From NCBI GenBank assembly GCA_934097085.1, contig CAKONK010000018.1, forward strand, positions 1-19,475: 19,475 nt of DNA, read 5' to 3'. Below the pieces are notes generated by a model. The model was not told the origin of the DNA. It did not search any database and worked only from the letters and a program-made list of their open reading frames with translations. This stretch comes from an uncultured Bacilli bacterium (GTDB lineage: Bacteria > Bacillota_I > Bacilli_A > RF39 > UBA660). A program made the translations under genes and the position numbers. Shown here one piece after another: positions 14,944 through 19,475 of the stretch. Every line of letters begins with the position of its first letter. Position 1 is the first letter of the stretch.

Positions 14944-14961
14944 TTCTATTCTCCTTTACTA

Positions 14962-15255
14962 TTATTCTTCATTAACTTTAATATTTTTAGGATAACTTTT
15001 TTCTAACTCTTTAAGCATAGTCATCATATTTAAAATTAATGAGTTTGTAATATCATCAGATAAAAGAACTTTTATTTCCATATATTCATCATTATCTAGA
15101 AATTCAATACTTTTTTCATTGATATTTAATAGACCATTTACAGTAGTATAAATTATACTTGATACGCTAGCACATACAATATCTTTACCAGCATTATCAT
15201 AACCTGAATGACCTGTTATTTTAATAACATTTCCATTTTTATTAACTTTAATCAT
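14962..15255 (-). CDS. prp: Ribosomal-processing cysteine protease Prp (YsxB family)
   Basis: 97 aa. ITGHSGYDNAGKDIVCASVS carries the conserved His/Cys dyad. It sits in the canonical position between rplU and rpmA. Confidence 0.9.
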   Translation of the reverse strand: MIKVNKNGNVIKITGHSGYDNAGKDIVCASVSSIIYTTVNGLLNINEKSIEFLDNDEYMEIKVLLSDDITNSLILNMMTMLKELEKSYPKNIKVNEE

Positions 15256-15257
15256 TA

Positions 15258-15557
15258 TTAACCATTAATTTTTTTAACTTCAACTAAAGTATATGCTTGT
15301 CTATGTCCTTGAGTTTTTCTAGATTTTTTCTTAGGACGATAATGGAATACTTTTATTTTTTTACCTCTACCATTTTTAATAACTTCAGCTTCAACTGATG
15401 CTCCTTTTACAAATGGTTTTCCAGCTTTTCCATCAACAAATAATACTTCATCGAAAACAACTTTTTGTCCAGCTTCAACATCTAATTTTTCAACATAGAT
15501 ACGGCTATTTTCTTCAACATAATATTGTTTTCCACCTGTTTTAATTATAGCTTTCAT
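15258..15557 (-). CDS. rplU: 50S ribosomal protein L21
   Basis: 99 aa. [16 protein letters not shown] ... [19 protein letters not shown]. Confidence 0.95.
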   Translation of the reverse strand: MKAIIKTGGKQYYVEENSRIYVEKLDVEAGQKVVFDEVLFVDGKAGKPFVKGASVEAEVIKNGRGKKIKVFHYRPKKKSRKTQGHRQAYTLVEVKKING

Positions 15558-15575
15558 TTCTTTTCCTCCTTTTCA

Positions 15576-15639
15576 TAAGTCACACCTTTAAGGTAAGATA
15601 ATCTTTTAAAAACCTTTTTAGAGTGGATGAAATGACTTA
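15576..15639 (-). promoter_or_regulatory. Structured 5' leader of rplU (candidate L21 ribosomal-protein leader)
   Basis: The minus-strand RNA can form a stacked hairpin: UAAGUCA (15633-15639) with UGACUUA (15576-15582), CAC with GUG, AAGGU with ACCUU, and an apical AAGA/UCUU. It ends 5 nt before the AAGGAGG SD. Position and context match the Firmicute L21 leader, but I cannot run a covariance model. Confidence 0.3.
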
Positions 15640-15649
15640 AAACAATAAG

Positions 15650-15679
15650 ATTATACCAAAAAATCCCTGATATAGTCAA
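15650..15679 (-). promoter_or_regulatory. Promoter of the rplU-prp-rpmA operon
   Basis: Minus strand reads TTGACT (15674-15679), an 18-nt spacer, then TGg-TATAAT (extended -10, 15650-15658). Confidence 0.6.
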
Positions 15680-15684
15680 GGATT
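15657..15684 (-). terminator. Rho-independent terminator of the upstream 189-aa gene, overlapping the rplU promoter
   Basis: Minus-strand AAUCCUUGA-cuaua-UCAGGGAUU (9 bp including one G-U, 15662-15684) followed by UUUUU. It starts 22 nt after the stop at 15707-15709. Confidence 0.65.
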
Positions 15685-15706
15685 TTCACTAACTTTTTTC
15701 ATACAT

Positions 15707-16276
15707 TTATTTTATAGTTCCATATTGGCTCTTTAATCGTTCAATTGATCTTTTTTTTATTTTTTGCATTGTTTCTGGATTTTTTTCTTTACCTATAAAT
15801 TCGCCGGTGACTATACTTGGATACTTTGGATATTGAAGTACTTCATCCTCAAATAAAAATTCCCAATTTCCAATACCATATTTCAGATCATTATTAACAA
15901 AAAACATTAAGTCTCCAAAACTTTGTAACACATCTTGACAATATTTTTCTTTTAATTCATTTATTTTTTCAAAACTTGCTACAATCATAAATTCATTTTC
16001 ATGGCTTTCTATTATTAGTCGCTCTTCTAACATCTTTTCATAAATATCAGTTAGATCAACAATAGGAAAATTATTTAGGTTTGTTATAACATTTAAATTT
16101 TCATATATATTCTTAAACCTTTCCATTCTAGCATAACAGCCTAATGATTCCATAATATTATTTATATTAAAAAAATCAATTTCTCCATATTTAAAAATTA
16201 AAATTAAATTAAAAATATCTTCCTCAGTTATTTTTTCAGTTTTTTTATTTCTATAACTATTAAAGTCTATTATCAT
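15707..16276 (-). CDS. Hypothetical protein (189 aa)
   Basis: I prefer the ATG at 16274-16276 (MIIDFNSYRNKK...), which has AAGGAGG 10 nt upstream. The track start (16321) falls inside the predicted promoter spacer. No motifs recognised. Confidence 0.6.
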   Translation of the reverse strand: MIIDFNSYRNKKTEKITEEDIFNLILIFKYGEIDFFNINNIMESLGCYARMERFKNIYENLNVITNLNNFPIVDLTDIYEKMLEERLIIESHENEFMIVASFEKINELKEKYCQDVLQSFGDLMFFVNNDLKYGIGNWEFLFEDEVLQYPKYPSIVTGEFIGKEKNPETMQKIKKRSIERLKSQYGTIK

Positions 16277-16304
16277 ACTACTGAATCCTCCTTGATGTGT
16301 TAAT

Positions 16305-16333
16305 ATTCTAGCATATAACATAGTTTAATTCAA
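16305..16333 (-). promoter_or_regulatory. Promoter of the 189-aa gene
   Basis: Minus strand reads TTGAAT (16328-16333), a 17-nt spacer, then TAGAAT (16305-16310). Confidence 0.5.
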
Positions 16334-16348
16334 CTTTTATTATTATCT

Positions 16349-17089
16349 TTATATTTCAAAATCAAGCATATCATTAACTGCTATTTCATATAAATCTTGT
16401 TCATGTTTCACTGTATCAATTAAAAACATTTTATCACTTTCATAATTTTTAAGACCTCTTAAATAAAAATGTTTATCATTATCTGATACTATGAATGGCA
16501 TTATATCATTTTTTAAGCATTCTTTAAACATTATCATTCTTCCCACTCTACCATTGCCAGAACCAAAAGGATGTATTTTTTCAAATCAATAATGAAATTC
16601 AATAATATCCTCAAGAGTAACATTTTCAATTGAATTATACCAAGAAAGTAAATTATCAATATCTTTTGGAGTATTCTTAGGGGAAGATGTATTTATAACA
16701 TTAATTAAGCCTATTTTATTAGGAACTATCTTAAATCCTCCGACATTATATCTTGGATTATCTTCATCAGTCGTTCCTCTTTTAAGAATTTTATTCATTT
16801 CAATAATCATGGATTTATCAAGTCTTTTTTCATAAGTATCTAACATATAATCAAATAATCTAAAATGATTTTTCATTTCAATTAAATCATCTAATTTTAC
16901 TACATCATCTGCCTTAGGTATATAAGAGTTTGTTACAAATATTTCTTCAGTTTCATCCTCACTTAAATGTGTACCCTCAATTTTATTAGAATTATATGCA
17001 AAATTAACCTGTGAATAATGATAAATATTTCCCTTAAATTTTGAATATTTTTGACTAATTAATTCACTTTTTAACTTTTCTATATTCAT
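16349..17089 (-). pseudogene. Fic/DOC family protein interrupted by a single in-frame TGA
   Basis: Track ORFs 16586-17089 and 16349-16546 are in the same frame. Reading through gives ...LEDIIEFHY-TGA-FEKIHPFGSGNGRVGRMIMFKECLKNDIMPFIV... The TGA is at 16586-16588 and the Fic motif HPFxxGNGRxxR at 16538-16573. Confidence 0.75.
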
Positions 17090-17264
17090 AATTATTCCCT
17101 TTCTTTCACTTCGTGGAAACTTTACGCCCCATAAAGGGGTGTATTACTTTAGTATGATTTACTGCTTTAATATTTCAGTCACATTTAGTTTTATTTTTTT
17201 ACCGACGCACAATCGAGGATTGTACTATATTTTTTTCTCAGAAAAGTTGCCCTTCTCTTCGGCT

Positions 17265-19028
17265 CTAATTTACTGTGTAAACATCATTATATTTTCCACT
17301 TCCTAGTAACTTACTTTCAGAGGATAGAGAAACTACACCACGGACCGCAACATTGCGAGAATCAACAAGGCCATCAAGAAAACTACCAAACGGATCAAGA
17401 CCAAACACATGCGAACCACTATCAATGAACACAAGAGGGGAGCCCGCCCAATATGCCATATTATTATTTAAATAGAAAGCACTGTTGTCCGTGCCAATTT
17501 TTCCTCCAGCTAGCACTATTTCATCCTCTGTTATTAGTCCTAAATTATTTGTTACCACATCTGCATTATTACATTCAAATGTAGGTGTTGGAGGACTTGA
17601 ACTTAATCTAGTATATGGAGCATATTCAAAATCTCTGCCATTCGATGCCCATGTTCTAGATGTATTTCTATCATTGCAAAATGTTGTTTTAACAAATCTT
17701 GATGTTCCTATATTTTCATTAAAATATTTTGTATACCAATTATCTAAATATGTTTTTATTGTACTATTTGTGTTTGTTCCTCTTTGAGAACCAGTTGTAT
17801 ATTGAAATCCTACATATTCTGCTTTATCATATTTATTATTATAAGCTGTAAAGCCCATATTTGTATCTGCCCCAGTAATTGCAACTTTTGCATTTTCACT
17901 CGGTGCTTTACTTCCTGCATATATCATTTTTATTTTATTATTTTTATCTACTCTTATTATTCTCCAGTACATATCATCACCTTTATTGGCATATACTACT
18001 TCTTTACATTTATAGTTATATGTTGAATCATAATCCACACCAGTTTGACATTCTGCTAATGTTGGGTAATCTATGTAGTTAGCCTGATTATTTACACTAT
18101 CAAACCATACATCAGTGTTTGTTGTATCGTCTCTAAAACCTCTATAAACAATTTGGTCTGCTTTAAACTTACCATATTTTACCCAGTTGTTATCTACTGC
18201 ACCTCTATAATAATATGTTTTACCTGTTCCTTCTGTATATGAAAACATTCCTGCATTACTAGTTTCTACTGTTGTAAAATCTGCTGTTTTTGCCTCAATT
18301 GCAGTTTTACCACCATTATTAGCAAGTATTGTTTCATAACCTTTTTTAACTGTTGTACCATCTTTTGTAGAACAATTTACATTTTCTACATATATTTTAC
18401 CAGTAAAAGATTTACCACTTAAAGCATATTGATTTAAATCTAAATTATAATATCTACCAGTAACTTTCCATCTTACTGATTGCTCCGTACCCAAACTTTT
18501 TAATGTAGCTCCAGTTACTAATGTAACTTTTGCTCCTGTTGAGGAAGTAGCATTACTCCATCCTTTACTTGTATCAAAATTAAAATTAGTTTCTGTAGCA
18601 AAATGATTATTTCCATTCATACCATTTACTTCAATAGTTATTTCTTTAGTAGCATCAGTAGTAACTGGTACAGTTTTACCATATATATCACTATTTGTAT
18701 TATATTCATAAACTAAATCATAAGAACATGTTGTTAAAAAACCTTCTGCTCCTGTTAAAGTTATATCTACAAAACCAGTATCTTCTTTCGCAGCAACTGT
18801 ATTATTTGTATTATACTGAGCCATTGAGGTATCAGGTACTTGTATATTTAACTGAGTAGAATTTGCAATAAAAGATAAATTACCAGGACTTGTAGAATTA
18901 ATGTTAACTGCTACATTATTATTTAAATTTATATTAAATGTTCCTAAATATGCATAAGCTGCACCAATAACTAAAATAAGAAAGAATACACTTGATAAAA
19001 TAACTTTTAATTTATTTTTGCTTTTCAT
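17265..19028 (-). CDS. Large secreted/cell-surface protein: SipW-type signal peptide, beta-rich N-terminal module, C-terminal lectin-like module
   Basis: 587-aa ORF with GAGGA 5 nt upstream and a TAG stop. N-terminus: KLKVILSSVFFLILVIGAAYAYLGT. Later motifs in order: MYWRIIRVDKNNKIKMIYAG, STIKTYLDNWYTKYF, LGLITEDEIVLAGG, AYWAGSP, VAVRGVVSL. Confidence 0.8.
   Translation of the reverse strand: MKSKNKLKVILSSVFFLILVIGAAYAYLGTFNINLNNNVAVNINSTSPGNLSFIANSTQLNIQVPDTSMAQYNTNNTVAAKEDTGFVDITLTGAEGFLTTCSYDLVYEYNTNSDIYGKTVPVTTDATKEITIEVNGMNGNNHFATETNFNFDTSKGWSNATSSTGAKVTLVTGATLKSLGTEQSVRWKVTGRYYNLDLNQYALSGKSFTGKIYVENVNCSTKDGTTVKKGYETILANNGGKTAIEAKTADFTTVETSNAGMFSYTEGTGKTYYYRGAVDNNWVKYGKFKADQIVYRGFRDDTTNTDVWFDSVNNQANYIDYPTLAECQTGVDYDSTYNYKCKEVVYANKGDDMYWRIIRVDKNNKIKMIYAGSKAPSENAKVAITGADTNMGFTAYNNKYDKAEYVGFQYTTGSQRGTNTNSTIKTYLDNWYTKYFNENIGTSRFVKTTFCNDRNTSRTWASNGRDFEYAPYTRLSSSPPTPTFECNNADVVTNNLGLITEDEIVLAGGKIGTDNSAFYLNNNMAYWAGSPLVFIDSGSHVFGLDPFGSFLDGLVDSRNVAVRGVVSLSSESKLLGSGKYNDVYTVN
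17331..17450 (-). other. Adenine-depleted 3' patch; candidate DGR variable region (VR)
   Basis: Hand count: 11 A in 120 coding-strand nt, versus 51 in the adjacent 120 nt (17451-17570). About 48% GC. Synonymous codons are A-free. See findings. Confidence 0.4.
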
Positions 19029-19067
19029 TATAATCCTCTTTTCTATTTATCTTTACTTTTTAATAAT

Positions 19068-19096
19068 ACTATATTTTTTTAAAAAATTCTACACAA
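19068..19096 (-). promoter_or_regulatory. Candidate promoter of the 587-aa surface-protein gene
   Basis: Minus strand reads TTGTGT (19091-19096), a 17-nt spacer, then TATAGT (19068-19073). Confidence 0.4.
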
Positions 19097-19133
19097 TTTT
19101 ATGTATTTTATTTTAAAAAAATAAAACTAGAGA

Positions 19134-19475
19134 TTATTCCTTAGTTTTATTAACTTCTTTAAGAAGAGTATTAAATTCTTCTTCAGTCACATTAGTGGCC
19201 TCAATAACAATATTTTTTTCAAATCCCATTTCAATAAGTTTTTTTGCATTAGCAAGTTTAGTTTGTTCAACGCCATACTCAAAAGATAATTCTTTCATTT
19301 CTGCTTCATGAAATTTCTTTGGATCATAATATATTAACTCATCTAAATTTTTTTGCATTTCTTTTAACTCCTTTACAATTCTTAGCATCATTTTATCACC
19401 AATAAATGCTTTCTTTTTATTTGTTATGCATATTAGTGATAAATATTCTAAGCCATCCCTATCTAACTTTCTAAT
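19134..19475 (-). CDS. C-terminal part of an Rpn/YhgA-like PD-(D/E)XK nuclease ('putative transposase') family protein. The gene runs off the right edge.
   Basis: The reading frame stays open from 19475 (IRKLDRDGLEYLSLICITNKKKAFIGDKMMLRIVKEL...), so the track's ATG at 19391 is probably internal. The tail EYGVEQTKLANAKKLIEMGFEKNIVIEATNVTEEEFNTLLKE resembles the helical C-terminal repeats of Rpn-family proteins. This is recognised from memory only. Confidence 0.4.
   Translation of the reverse strand: MRKLDRDGLEYLSLICITNKKKAFIGDKMMLRIVKELKEMQKNLDELIYYDPKKFHEAEMKELSFEYGVEQTKLANAKKLIEMGFEKNIVIEATNVTEEEFNTLLKEVNKTKE

Noticed and set aside
15707-16321. Longer N-terminal extensions from the ORF track: 16321 for the 189-aa gene, 10375 for Hpt, 5319 for ASCH
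   Set aside because: The internal ATGs have proper Shine-Dalgarno sequences. The upstream ATGs lie in promoter, terminator or RBS sequence.
16586-16588. TGA read as Trp (genetic code 4) or Gly (code 25)
   Set aside because: Long ORFs of 587-668 aa are intact under code 11. TGA also terminates at least three well-supported genes at natural ends (954, 5757, 8473). A recoded genome would shatter these ORFs.
17090-17264. DGR template repeat located in the spacer downstream of the candidate VR
   Set aside because: I compared both strands of the spacer with the patch 17321-17450 by eye and found no extended similarity.
17154-17306. 50-aa hydrophobic plus-strand ORF (MIYCFNISVTFSFIFLPTHNRGLYYIFF...), possibly a type I toxin
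   Set aside because: The nearest SD-like sequence (GGGGTG) is 12 nt away. The ORF overlaps the 3' end of the 587-aa gene. Its composition is what the T-rich strand gives by chance.
623-18082. Plus-strand track ORFs 623-817, 1073-1273, 1631-1909, 4456-4650, 7014-7205, 17485-17787, 17784-18026 and 17879-18082
   Set aside because: All lie antisense inside long, motif-supported minus-strand genes. They encode F/L/I/Y-rich low-complexity peptides, which is typical of the T-rich antisense strand in an AT-rich genome. None has an RBS.
1-19475. CRISPR arrays, tRNA/rRNA genes, IS elements with terminal inverted repeats
   Set aside because: I saw no regularly spaced direct repeats, no tRNA- or rRNA-like GC-rich blocks, and no transposase with flanking inverted repeats. 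Only the partial Rpn-like ORF hints at mobile-element activity.

Overview
This is a 19.5 kb, very AT-rich window (about 27-30% GC by eye) that looks like a low-GC Firmicutes / Mollicutes-related chromosome. It uses the standard genetic code: TGA ends at least three well-supported genes (stops at 954-956, 5757-5759 and 8473-8475). I count 21 protein-coding loci, 17 of them on the minus strand. Two of the loci run off the window edges and one is a pseudogene. All family names come from motif recognition by eye; no searches were run.

Housekeeping content:
- rplU-prp-rpmA, followed by an orphan 126-aa gene and obg.
- A stand-alone rpmB (55 aa, missing from the ORF track).

Accessory content:
- A tightly coupled three-gene operon: a sensor-domain + AAA_5/MoxR-like ATPase, a P-loop-less paralog of that ATPase, and an HExxH zincin (COG3864-like, probably followed by a vWA domain beyond the left edge).
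- A PfkB kinase / Zn-knuckle / tandem-SIS fusion.
- A translationally coupled ASCH-GNAT pair.
- An Hpt / response regulator / hybrid histidine kinase phosphorelay whose output is a degenerate HD-GYP domain.
- LemA plus a membrane-anchored coiled-coil protein.
- A DUF192 protein.
- A Fic gene broken by one in-frame TGA.
- Two secreted proteins with SipW/TasA-type signal peptides.
- A partial Rpn/PD-(D/E)XK-like gene at the right edge.

The strongest hunt result is a roughly 120-bp patch (17331-17450) at the 3' end of the 587-aa secreted protein gene. The coding strand there is almost free of adenine (about 9% versus about 42% in the flanking part of the same ORF), and synonymous codons systematically avoid A. 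That pattern is what a diversity-generating retroelement (DGR) variable region looks like, but no template repeat or reverse transcriptase is present in this window. The second lead is the ATPase / pseudo-ATPase / zincin operon.
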